DNA from: Candidatus Saccharimonadota bacterium
GTDB lineage: Bacteria > Patescibacteriota > Microgenomatia > UBA1406 > GWC2-37-13
Assembly (NCBI GenBank): GCA_001790095.1
Contig: MGBH01000001.1
Location: 570,001 to 602,000 of the forward strand
Reading direction: 5' to 3'
Length of the DNA stretch: 32,000 bases
The position numbers and the translations under genes are program-made. Of this stretch, positions 1 through 7,445 are shown one piece after another. Positions within the stretch are counted from its first letter, which is position 1. Each line of letters starts with the position of its first letter. The notes beneath the pieces are model-generated. The model searched no databases. It was given only the letters and a program-made list of their open reading frames with translations, and was not told the DNA's origin.

Positions 1-1
1 T

Positions 2-172
2 ATCAAGAATGCAAAAGCAATAGTAGTTGCAACAGCACATAAGGAAATTAAAATGGGTCTTGAGAGTTTATTAAAAAAATCAAAAGTTAAGGTGGTCATT
101 GACGGACGAAACTGTTTAGACAAAGAAAAAATAAAAAAAATGGGGATAGTTTATAAAGGAATAGGAAGATAA
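2..172 (+). CDS. 3' end of a nucleotide-sugar dehydrogenase (UDP-glucose/GDP-mannose dehydrogenase family, WbpA/WecC-like); 5' part is outside the window
   Basis: Frame 2 is open from the window edge to TAA at 170-172. The translation IKNAKAIVVATAHKEIKMGLESLLKKSKVKVVIDGRNCLDKEKIKKMGIVYKGIGR shows the C-terminal pattern (vv.ATaH.ef ... vviDgRN) typical of this family. It lies directly upstream of WbpB/D/E homologues. Confidence 0.55.
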   Translation: MKNAKAIVVATAHKEIKMGLESLLKKSKVKVVIDGRNCLDKEKIKKMGIVYKGIGR

Positions 173-187
173 AAATAAAAGTTGTCC

Positions 188-260
188 GTCATTCCCGCGA
201 AAGCGGGAATCCAGACATAAATTACAAATTTTATAGATCCCGATTTTCATCGGGATGACA
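188..260 (+). repeat. Double-hairpin intergenic repeat, divergent copy A (H1a + 26-nt spacer + H2a)
   Basis: GTC-ATTCCCGC-gaaa-GCGGGAAT-C at 188-211 and G-ATCCCGAT-tttc-ATCGGGAT-GACA at 236-260. It has the same GTCAT...ATGACA ends and 8-bp stems as the copies at 1323, 1909 and 2253, but different stem sequences. Confidence 0.8.
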
Positions 261-263
261 TAA

Positions 264-1316
264 ATGAAAAAACTTGGCATCGGAGTCATAGGTTTAGGAA
301 GAATATTCCTTCGTCATTATGATGACAGTATCAAACAACTGCCAGAGATAGAACTCGTTGCAGTGTGTGATAATAAAAAAAGTGTACTTAATAAATACAG
401 GGATGAACTATCTAAAGATAAGACACCCCCACCATCATTTTATACCGACTATCAGCATCTTATTGATGATAAACGTGTTGATGTGGTCACGATAGCTACA
501 CCTAATGGCCTACATAATATCATGGGTATGGCTGTTGCAGTGGCTCAAAAACACTGCATTATGGAAAAACCTATTTCGCAAAATTTTAAAGATGCGCAAA
601 GACTGGTCAATGCTTTCAAAAAATCAAAAGGCAAACTTTTTCCTGTTCTACAGGTCAGATATAATCCAGCAGTACAAACACTACGAAGCGCCATAAAAAA
701 AGGGCTACTGGGTAAGATACTTACTGCTTCAGTTATCATCCGATGGACCCGCCCCCAGGAATATTTTGATGAAAGCGACTGGAAAGGTACTCTCAAGATG
801 GACGGAGGCACGCTTCTCACACAGGCGATCCATTATGTTGACATAATGCAGTATGTGCTTGGACCGGGTAAATCGGTATTTGGCAAACTGGACAGAGTAG
901 CGCATAAGATCGAAGCAGAAGATATCGCAAACGCCATCATAGATCTCAAAACAGGTACCAGGGTCAATCTTGAGTTCACCGTCTGCACTTATCCGCACAA
1001 TCTTGAATGTTCTCTTACCGTGCTTGGAGAAAAAGGAACGGTTAAAATAGGAGGAACCGCAATGAATAAATGTGAACTTTGGGAAGTGAAAGACACTCCA
1101 ATGCCATATATTCCCGAAGGGTTGATTCCAAACGTATATGCCGGAGGAATGTATGTGGGATCATGTCCCAACCATAAATCAATCTATGAAAATATGATCA
1201 ATAATCTTGTGTACAAAAAAGAGTCGTTTCTTAAAGCCGAAGATGCACTTGAGTCTTTAAGAATTATAGACGGAATCAAAAAATCAAGCGAGATGAAAAA
1301 AGAAGTAATATTATAA
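264..1316 (+). CDS. wbpB: Gfo/Idh/MocA-family NAD-dependent oxidoreductase, WbpB/WlbA-like (UDP-GlcNAcA 3-dehydrogenase)
   Basis: 350-aa ORF with an N-terminal Rossmann motif (MKKLGIGVIGLGRI). The central EKP motif (IMEKPIS) and the LQVRYNP...WKGT...DGG...HYVD segment resemble WbpB. It is in synteny with WbpD and WbpE homologues. Confidence 0.75.
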   Translation: MKKLGIGVIGLGRIFLRHYDDSIKQLPEIELVAVCDNKKSVLNKYRDELSKDKTPPPSFYTDYQHLIDDKRVDVVTIATPNGLHNIMGMAVAVAQKHCIMEKPISQNFKDAQRLVNAFKKSKGKLFPVLQVRYNPAVQTLRSAIKKGLLGKILTASVIIRWTRPQEYFDESDWKGTLKMDGGTLLTQAIHYVDIMQYVLGPGKSVFGKLDRVAHKIEAEDIANAIIDLKTGTRVNLEFTVCTYPHNLECSLTVLGEKGTVKIGGTAMNKCELWEVKDTPMPYIPEGLIPNVYAGGMYVGSCPNHKSIYENMINNLVYKKESFLKAEDALESLRIIDGIKKSSEMKKEVIL

Positions 1317-1322
1317 TACTAT

Positions 1323-1382
1323 GTCATCCTGAACTTGTTTCAGGATCAATATGGAAGATGCTGAAATAAATTCAGCATGACA
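1323..1382 (+). repeat. Double-hairpin intergenic repeat, empty copy B (H1 + 9-nt spacer + H2)
   Basis: H1 is GTC-ATCCTGAA-cttgt-TTCAGGAT-C at 1323-1347, the spacer is aatatggaa, and H2 is G-ATGCTGAA-ataaa-TTCAGCAT-GACA at 1357-1382. It fills the gap between the wbpB-like and wbpD-like genes. Confidence 0.9.
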
Positions 1383-1392
1383 ATATAAATAT

Positions 1393-1899
1393 ATGAAAAA
1401 ATATTATTGCCATGAATCATCGATAGTTGATAAAAACGTAACCATAGGTGACGAAACTAAGATCTGGCATTTCTCCCATGTATCAAGTGGCGCCAAAATC
1501 GGTAAATCCTGCTCCCTTGGTCAGAACGTATTTATTGGTAACAACGTTACAATAGGAGACAATGTAAAGATCCAAAACAATGTATCAGTCTATGAAGGAG
1601 TGACTCTTGAGAACGATGTATTCTGCGGACCATCGTGTGTATTTACCAATGTGAGACAACCCAGAAGTGAGTTCCCGGTACATAAAAAGTATGACAAAAC
1701 ACTCATTAAAAAAGGAGTGACTATAGGAGCCAATGTCACAATAGTTTGCGGAGTGACTATCGGCAAATACGCATTTATCGGAGCCGGCTCTGTCGTCACC
1801 AAAGATGTTCCCGATTATGCCTTAGTCTATGGCAACCCCGCAAGAGTAAAAGGAAAAGTGGATGAGAAAGGAAAGAAAATTAACACTATGTCATCCTGA
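1393..1899 (+). CDS. wbpD: Left-handed beta-helix (hexapeptide) N-acetyltransferase, WbpD/WlbB-like (UDP-GlcNAc3NA 3-N-acetyltransferase)
   Basis: 168-aa ORF. The segment [63 protein letters not shown]...[41 protein letters not shown] closely follows the WbpD/WlbB pattern as I recall it. The last 4 codons and the stop lie inside a repeat fragment. Confidence 0.85.
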   Translation: MKKYYCHESSIVDKNVTIGDETKIWHFSHVSSGAKIGKSCSLGQNVFIGNNVTIGDNVKIQNNVSVYEGVTLENDVFCGPSCVFTNVRQPRSEFPVHKKYDKTLIKKGVTIGANVTIVCGVTIGKYAFIGAGSVVTKDVPDYALVYGNPARVKGKVDEKGKKINTMSS

Positions 1900-1901
1900 A
1901 C
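1888..1901 (+). repeat. Orphan 5' arm of hairpin H1 (atgtcatcctgaac)
   Basis: This is a 14-nt direct repeat (1 mismatch) of 1907-1920, the start of the complete H1 that follows. It lacks the 3' arm and overlaps the wbpD-like stop codon at 1897-1899. Confidence 0.7.
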
Positions 1902-1908
1902 AATAAAT

Positions 1909-2246
1909 GTCATCCCGAACTTGTTTCGGGATCTATGTATGACTTATTTCGTATACATTTTGACTAACATAACGAATAGCACTCTCTATATTGGAGTTAC
2001 AAATAACATTCAAAGAAGGATTTTTGAACATAGAGAAGGAAAAGTTGACAGTTTTACAAGAAAATACAGATTACATAGACTTATATATTATGAAGAGTAT
2101 AAAAGCATTGAAGAAGCAATAGAGAGGGAAAAACAACTCAAGAACTGGCATCGTAAATGGAAGTTTAATTTAATTAAAAAAACAAATTCTAATCTTGATG
2201 ATTTATCAAGAAACTGGTAAGATGCTGAAATAAATTCAGCATGACA
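1909..2246 (+). mobile_element. Candidate compact mobile element: hairpin H1 - GIY-YIG ORF - hairpin H2 (338 bp)
   Basis: H1 (GTC-ATCCCGAA-cttgt-TTCGGGAT-C) is at 1909-1933. The ORF spans 1939-2220. H2 (G-ATGCTGAA-ataaa-TTCAGCAT-GACA) is at 2221-2246, starting on the base after the stop codon. The same H1 and H2 occur back to back without an ORF at 1323-1382 and 2253-2315. Confidence 0.55.
1939..2220 (+). CDS. GIY-YIG nuclease superfamily protein (small UPF0213/YhbQ-like, 93 aa)
   Basis: MTYFVYILTNITNSTLYIGVTNNIQRRIFEHREGK...FTRKYRLHRLIYYEEY.SIEEAIEREKQLKNWHRKWK contains the (G)IY-...-YIG, RR..EH and RE.Q.K motifs. I prefer the ATG at 1939 over the TTG at 1921 in the ORF track, because the TTG lies inside hairpin H1. 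Confidence 0.85.
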   Translation: MTYFVYILTNITNSTLYIGVTNNIQRRIFEHREGKVDSFTRKYRLHRLIYYEEYKSIEEAIEREKQLKNWHRKWKFNLIKKTNSNLDDLSRNW

Positions 2247-2252
2247 GTGAAC

Positions 2253-2315
2253 GTCATCCTGAACTTGTTTCAGGATCCTATAAAAAAAAGATGCTGAAAT
2301 AAATTCAGCATGACA
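2253..2315 (+). repeat. Double-hairpin intergenic repeat, empty copy D (H1 + 12-nt spacer + H2)
   Basis: H1 at 2253-2277 is identical to the copy at 1323-1347, and H2 at 2290-2315 is identical to those at 1357-1382 and 2221-2246. It follows the GIY-YIG element after 6 nt. Confidence 0.9.
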
Positions 2316-2323
2316 AACAAGAT

Positions 2324-3445
2324 ATGAAAATCCCGATTTTAGACCTAAAAGCCCAATATAAATCGATTCAAAAAGAGATCGATAACGCGATTAAAACGGT
2401 GATAGCCGAATCTGCTTTTATTGGCGGCCGCCATGTAGAGGAGCTTGAAAAAAATATTGCCGCGTATTGCGGTACCAAATATGCAGTCGCACTTAATTCA
2501 GGAACAGACGCACTGTATCTTGCCCTTTGGGCACTTGGCATAGGGGAGGGGGATGAAGTCATCACCTCACCTTTTTCTTTTTTTGCTACAGCTGAGGTGA
2601 TCGCCAAGGTAGGAGCAAAACCCGTGTTTGTAGATATTGATCCGACCGCTTTTAACATCGATCCTGATTTGATAAAAGCAAAGATCACAAAAAAAACAAA
2701 AGCAATTATACCCGTACATCTTTTTGGTCAAGCAGCCGAGATGGATAAAATAAACGCCCTCGCAAAAAAGCACAAGTTCTTTGTGATTGAAGATGCATGT
2801 CAAGCCATAGGCGCCACTTATAAGGGGAAAAAAACCGGAAACCTAGGTGATATAGGAGCCTTTAGTTTTTTTCCTTCAAAGAACCTGGGGGCATATGGCG
2901 ATGGGGGAATAGTGACGACAAACAATAAGGACCTTGCAGACAAAATCCGGCAGCTTCGCAACCACGGATCAAAAGTGAAGTATTATAACGATGAGATAGG
3001 AGTCAGCTCACGCCTGGACGGCATCCAAGCTGCCATCTTGAACGCAAAGCTTAAGCATTTGGACAAATGGAACAAAGCAAGAAACAACGTCGCCAAAACC
3101 TACGCAAAACTCATGAAAAATGTTTCAGGCATTATTCTTCCCAACAATGAAAATTGTAAATTGAAAATTGAACATTGCCAACATGTGTTTCACCAATACA
3201 CCATCCGCGTCAAAAACGGCAAACGTGATGAGTTAAAGAAATATCTTGCGGATAAAGGCATACAAACCATGATCTATTATCCGGTACCACTTCATCTTTT
3301 AAAAGCAATGGAGTATTTAGGGTACAAAAAGGGTTCTCTCCCCGAAGCAGAAAAAGCATGTAGCGAAGTATTAAGTCTGCCTATTTATCCGGAGCTAAAG
3401 AATAAAACAATTACTCAAATAGGTAAGATTTTATCAAACCTCTAG
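2324..3445 (+). CDS. wbpE: DegT/DnrJ/EryC1-family PLP-dependent aminotransferase, WbpE/WlbC-like
   Basis: 373-aa ORF with NSGTDALYLAL, GDEVITSPFSFFATAE, AIIPVHLFGQ, FFPSKNLGAYGDGG (PLP lysine context) and NSRLDGIQAAIL motifs typical of sugar aminotransferases. It is in synteny with WbpB/D homologues. Confidence 0.85.
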   Translation: MKIPILDLKAQYKSIQKEIDNAIKTVIAESAFIGGRHVEELEKNIAAYCGTKYAVALNSGTDALYLALWALGIGEGDEVITSPFSFFATAEVIAKVGAKPVFVDIDPTAFNIDPDLIKAKITKKTKAIIPVHLFGQAAEMDKINALAKKHKFFVIEDACQAIGATYKGKKTGNLGDIGAFSFFPSKNLGAYGDGGIVTTNNKDLADKIRQLRNHGSKVKYYNDEIGVSSRLDGIQAAILNAKLKHLDKWNKARNNVAKTYAKLMKNVSGIILPNNENCKLKIEHCQHVFHQYTIRVKNGKRDELKKYLADKGIQTMIYYPVPLHLLKAMEYLGYKKGSLPEAEKACSEVLSLPIYPELKNKTITQIGKILSNL

Positions 3446-3451
3446 ATTTAC

Positions 3452-4318
3452 TTATTTTTTGAAGGCAAGAAATACTTCGTTTATATTGTTGTGTCTATAA
3501 TCAATTAATTCCATATTGTTCTTTTCGAAGCACTTTTTTATTAAGTCGGGGGTTTCATTAAAAGAATGAAATGGATCAACTGCACCATCTGGGATATAAT
3601 ATAAATGTGTTTTACTTGTAAAATAATACTTTTCTTGTCTATAACCGTTTTTTAGATAAAACAGTAAATTAGCGATTAATTCTTTAATATTTTTTTGTAA
3701 GAAACGGCTTCTGTCACTCATCCAAATCAATACTAAACCGTTATTTTTTAGCACTCTATATGTCTCAAAGATAGTTTTTTCTAAGGAGCAAAGATGATCT
3801 AAACTAGTTGCAAAAATTATTGCATCAAAATAGTCATTTACAAAAGGCATATATTCAGCAGTACCAACGACTCTATATCCATTAAACGACCTTTTATCTA
3901 TTGGATCAATTCCATATAGTTTGCATCCATGCAGTTTATTTGAGAACTGCAAATAACCAGGTAGTTTCAACGGTCCACAACCTATATCAAGAATTTTAAA
4001 TTTATCGTTAACTCTCTTTCTATGAAGGATGGATCTTTCAATAAAGAGTCGAAAATTAGTCACATCCTTACGGTATGGCAGGGAAAGAGAGGCGTCTTTT
4101 TGAGTAATATAACTTAGTAGCGCATTATTATTAAGAACTTGGTTTAATAAGTAATTCTTCTTGTAATTTTTTTTTAATAAGCTTGTATAATCAAACTTTA
4201 AATATTTAACACTTGATTTATATTCATAGCCACAATACAAACATTTTTGAGTTTTAATTAATGAGGTCTCTTTGAAATTTGTCCTTTGGTTACAATTGAC
4301 ACATTGAATTAAAATCAT
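3452..4318 (-). CDS. Class I SAM-dependent methyltransferase with an N-terminal 4-Cys zinc-ribbon
   Basis: 288-aa ORF. The N-terminus has CxxC-x16-CxxC (CVNC...CLYC). Motif I is ILDIGCGP, and the post-motif segment is DAIIFATSLDHL. Confidence 0.7.
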   Translation of the reverse strand: MILIQCVNCNQRTNFKETSLIKTQKCLYCGYEYKSSVKYLKFDYTSLLKKNYKKNYLLNQVLNNNALLSYITQKDASLSLPYRKDVTNFRLFIERSILHRKRVNDKFKILDIGCGPLKLPGYLQFSNKLHGCKLYGIDPIDKRSFNGYRVVGTAEYMPFVNDYFDAIIFATSLDHLCSLEKTIFETYRVLKNNGLVLIWMSDRSRFLQKNIKELIANLLFYLKNGYRQEKYYFTSKTHLYYIPDGAVDPFHSFNETPDLIKKCFEKNNMELIDYRHNNINEVFLAFKK

Positions 4319-4334
4319 ATTTAATAAACAGCCC

Positions 4335-5456
4335 TTAAGTGATATATGTTTTGTTATATTCTTTAATTAACTGATTGGCAATCCTATATGAATTATGCCA
4401 CCTCTTTACATATCTTCTGCCTCTTCTCCCAATTGACTCAAGCTTGTTTTTTTTAGTTGTTATATACTCTTTTAATACTAAATAAATTGTTTGCGGAGTA
4501 GCATTTATTACTGGCAACTCTTTTCTCATTTGTTCAGGAACAAACTTCAAATCTTCATTTCTGATATAAGCAATCACTGGCTTACCAAGAGCCATGAGTT
4601 CAACAGCAAGCCCTCCATACCACCCAGCAAGTAACTGATCTACTAGTATGTCTGATTTCATATATATTTTTTTGGCTTTTTCACGGGTCATGTTTTCGAC
4701 AAGTATGAAGTTAAACTTTAACCCTTCTCGCTTTAATTTATCAATAGCATCAACTATATATTTTGTTCCTTTTACAGACCTATCCGTAGGAGCATGCACT
4801 ATAGTAGTTTCATTATTTTTTTTATTCCTGTTCGTATCCAACGACTTCCAGGAATCAGGATTGATGTTTGTGTACGGAAGAAATTTTGCCCTTGCTGGTA
4901 GCAGATTAAGTAAATCTGGATTCAAAGAGTACAAAATATCAGCATGTTTTTCAAACTGCGCCACAATCCATCTTTTGTAGTCATCTGAACCCTTGAGGTA
5001 ATAATTCTTACTTACATCATTTGCAAATGTGATTTTGTAGTTTTTTTTACAATAATCTGCTTGCCTTATATCGTCGCCCTGAAATGTAACAATAATCTTT
5101 TTATTAAACAATTTTAGCAAAAAGAGATCCTTCAATGTAAACAGCTTAATATAAACTTTTCTTAATAGTTGAACATAATGATTAGAATTCCATTTTTGGG
5201 TCGATCTCCAATCAGGCATTAGAGTACTTCCAAAATTAAAATTGATGATATCATATTGGAGAAGTGCCCTAAACAACCAAAACCATCTTTGTATCTCAAA
5301 TAAAAAAATGTTTTGCGACTCAATGGTAAAGTCTGATTTAAATCCATACTTATTTTCAAACGATAAAGTATGACTTTCTAAGCCTTGTTCCTTTTCCGCA
5401 TTTGAAAGATGTGATGGATTTCCTGCAATATTGTACGGACAGTGTAAAACTTTCAT
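4335..5456 (-). CDS. GT-B fold glycosyltransferase (GT4-like), paralogue 3
   Basis: 373 aa. The C-terminal half (IVHAPTDRSVKGTKYIVDAI..LK.EG..F.F.LVE...ILVDQLLAGWYGGLAVELMALGKPVIAY) is shared with the ORFs at 7446-8699 and 10574-12043. It contains the GT4-type G..EAMA.G.PV motif. Its ATGA overlaps the upstream SDR gene. Confidence 0.65.
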   Translation of the reverse strand: MKVLHCPYNIAGNPSHLSNAEKEQGLESHTLSFENKYGFKSDFTIESQNIFLFEIQRWFWLFRALLQYDIINFNFGSTLMPDWRSTQKWNSNHYVQLLRKVYIKLFTLKDLFLLKLFNKKIIVTFQGDDIRQADYCKKNYKITFANDVSKNYYLKGSDDYKRWIVAQFEKHADILYSLNPDLLNLLPARAKFLPYTNINPDSWKSLDTNRNKKNNETTIVHAPTDRSVKGTKYIVDAIDKLKREGLKFNFILVENMTREKAKKIYMKSDILVDQLLAGWYGGLAVELMALGKPVIAYIRNEDLKFVPEQMRKELPVINATPQTIYLVLKEYITTKKNKLESIGRRGRRYVKRWHNSYRIANQLIKEYNKTYIT

Positions 5457-6322
5457 GCTTTGCTTTTTATAACGTCAAGGATACCTTTGTTAAATTGTAT
5501 TTTAGGTATGTATAATTCTTTTTTCATAAGATCTATGTTTGCTAGAATATAATCATTGCTTTCTGTATTTTCGATCTTAATAAGAGGCTTAACTCCTAAA
5601 AAAGACGATATCATAATTATTGCATCACGTAGGGAGAAATTTTCTGTACCTCCTAGATTAACAGCATAGATGCTTTTTTTGCTTATGAGACTTAGTACTG
5701 CATTGGCTACATCTTGAGCATGAATAGGATTAATAGTTACTCCGTTTTTTCCTTTTAGTACGATCTCTTTTTTCTCTTTAATCAGTTTTGTTAGTCTAGG
5801 AAACAACATGTGTTTTTTCTGGTTCTGCCCATATATAAAAAAAGGTCTGATGATTGATATATCAAAAAAATCTTTATAACTTTTTGCAAGATGTTCTAGA
5901 CATATCTTTGAAGTTATGTAAAAGTTGGGTTTATCTGTTAACGGATCTGTCTCTTTGTGTGGTTTTTTTGATTCTTTGTACACACCACCGCTTGAGGCAA
6001 TTATAACGCGTTTGACTTTGTTAAGGCATGAGTACTGTAAAAGTTTCAATGTACTTTCAGTGTTGATTCTAAATATTTGGGCTGCATTTTTTGGGAAATC
6101 ATTATAATTATCGCTTTGAGCAAGATGTATTACCAAGTCAACAGATTGAGGCAGCTTTCTTATCGACCAGTCTTTTGATAAATCAATATCAATATTATTG
6201 ACGTTGTACTGTCTTATACCTTTATTTCTAGATAGTGAATATATTTCGTATTCTTTTGAAAGCAGGGGAACCAGGTAACTACCAAGTAACCCGCTTGCTC
6301 CTGTAATAATACATTTTTTCAT
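5453..6322 (-). CDS. NAD(P)-dependent epimerase/dehydratase (extended SDR)
   Basis: 289 aa, with an N-terminal glycine-rich motif (IITGASGLLGSYL) and YITSK (YxxxK). Confidence 0.7.
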   Translation of the reverse strand: MKKCIITGASGLLGSYLVPLLSKEYEIYSLSRNKGIRQYNVNNIDIDLSKDWSIRKLPQSVDLVIHLAQSDNYNDFPKNAAQIFRINTESTLKLLQYSCLNKVKRVIIASSGGVYKESKKPHKETDPLTDKPNFYITSKICLEHLAKSYKDFFDISIIRPFFIYGQNQKKHMLFPRLTKLIKEKKEIVLKGKNGVTINPIHAQDVANAVLSLISKKSIYAVNLGGTENFSLRDAIIMISSFLGVKPLIKIENTESNDYILANIDLMKKELYIPKIQFNKGILDVIKSKA

Positions 6323-6409
6323 TTTGAATAATATCTACTTATAATATCAACCTATTTTTTATATTTATCTTTAATATATTAGATGAAATCATCTTCAAAT
6401 AATGCCTGA

Positions 6410-7423
6410 TTATGACATTACTATTTTCAATAAACCGTTATAGGATCGTTGAATTATATAACTAACTATAAAAATAGTAGGTATGCCTATAAAAAATATA
6501 TATAGGTGCTGATAGGGAGTGGGCTTATGGTATATCAGATTCATGGCATACCAGATTGGTCTGTGAAAAAGATATATTGAAAATGAGGCAAAACTTAATG
6601 AAAAAATTAGGTCTTTTATCTTGCCAGTGAACTTTACTCTTAAGGTAACCAACAAAAGTATTATATTTAGGGGAAGATGAAAAAATTGATGGAAAAGTAT
6701 TTCAAAATTCTTACTGGGTGGGTAAAAATAAATATTACTCAAAATCATACTACCGAAAAAAAGTAAATACAGAGTAACTAGATTTCTGAATTTATTGATA
6801 GTCGCTTCATGATATTTACCGAAATATATTCCTAATATAAAATAAGGAAAATACAACAAAACTCTTGAATCTATGATTTTGTCTGCAGTATAGGGACAAG
6901 AATCAAGTAATAATAATATACCGTATAAAAAGAAAGAAATAAAGAAAAATTTAGGTTTATTTCCTATAAAAGAACGCATAACTATAAAGAGGATATAATA
7001 AACAAATATCAAGCCAATAAACCACAGGGTCGGCAACATTTCTTTAAAAAGATGGGGAAAAATTAGTTGTCCTCCGAATAAATGAATTAGCAGTTTAGGT
7101 AAGGTGATATTATTTCTCATAAAAAGAATAAACAATAACAGAGATACATAATAAAGTGGGATTACCCGAAGGAAACGGGAGTGGAAAAAATCAGTCAAAT
7201 TTGTTTTTAGGTGTGAGTTGATGAGTTTAAAACCAGATATAAAAACAAATGCACCAAGAGCAAAAATTACTGGAGCAGTTCTGTCGATGAGGAATTGAGG
7301 GATAGAGTAAATGATCTTGACGGTATAAGCGCTGTGATGGGTCCATAAGATTATTAAAGCACTCATGGCCGTTATGAAGCTTATACCATCTCTATATACT
7401 AGTTTTTTTGATTTGTTAATCAC
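6410..7423 (-). CDS. Acyltransferase family 3 integral membrane protein (probable glycan O-acetyltransferase)
   Basis: 337 aa with about 10 hydrophobic segments. The N-terminal RDGISF...H(H) segment resembles the R.D..R.....V...H motif of Acyl_transf_3. The start is GTG. Confidence 0.6.
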   Translation of the reverse strand: MINKSKKLVYRDGISFITAMSALIILWTHHSAYTVKIIYSIPQFLIDRTAPVIFALGAFVFISGFKLINSHLKTNLTDFFHSRFLRVIPLYYVSLLLFILFMRNNITLPKLLIHLFGGQLIFPHLFKEMLPTLWFIGLIFVYYILFIVMRSFIGNKPKFFFISFFLYGILLLLDSCPYTADKIIDSRVLLYFPYFILGIYFGKYHEATINKFRNLVTLYLLFFGSMILSNIYFYPPSKNFEILFHQFFHLPLNIILLLVTLRVKFTGKIKDLIFSLSFASFSIYLFHRPIWYAMNLIYHKPTPYQHLYIFFIGIPTIFIVSYIIQRSYNGLLKIVMS

Positions 7424-7445
7424 AAAATGTCTTAAACTTATTTAA

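Noticed and set aside
505-1171. Short alternative-frame and antisense ORFs inside larger genes (for example 505-696, 545-820, 729-998, 989-1171, 2368-2803, 4648-4980, 12125-12903, 13748-14059, 22179-22448, 23269-23818, 30027-30797, 31090-31308)
   Set aside because: All are fully nested in longer ORFs that have clear family motifs. Their translations are low-complexity or biased and lack recognisable motifs, as expected for chance ORFs.
6323-6409. Small hairpin agatga-aa-tcatct downstream of the acyltransferase gene as an intrinsic terminator
   Set aside because: The loop is too short, the stem is AT-rich and weak, and no proper U-tract follows on the transcribed (minus) strand.
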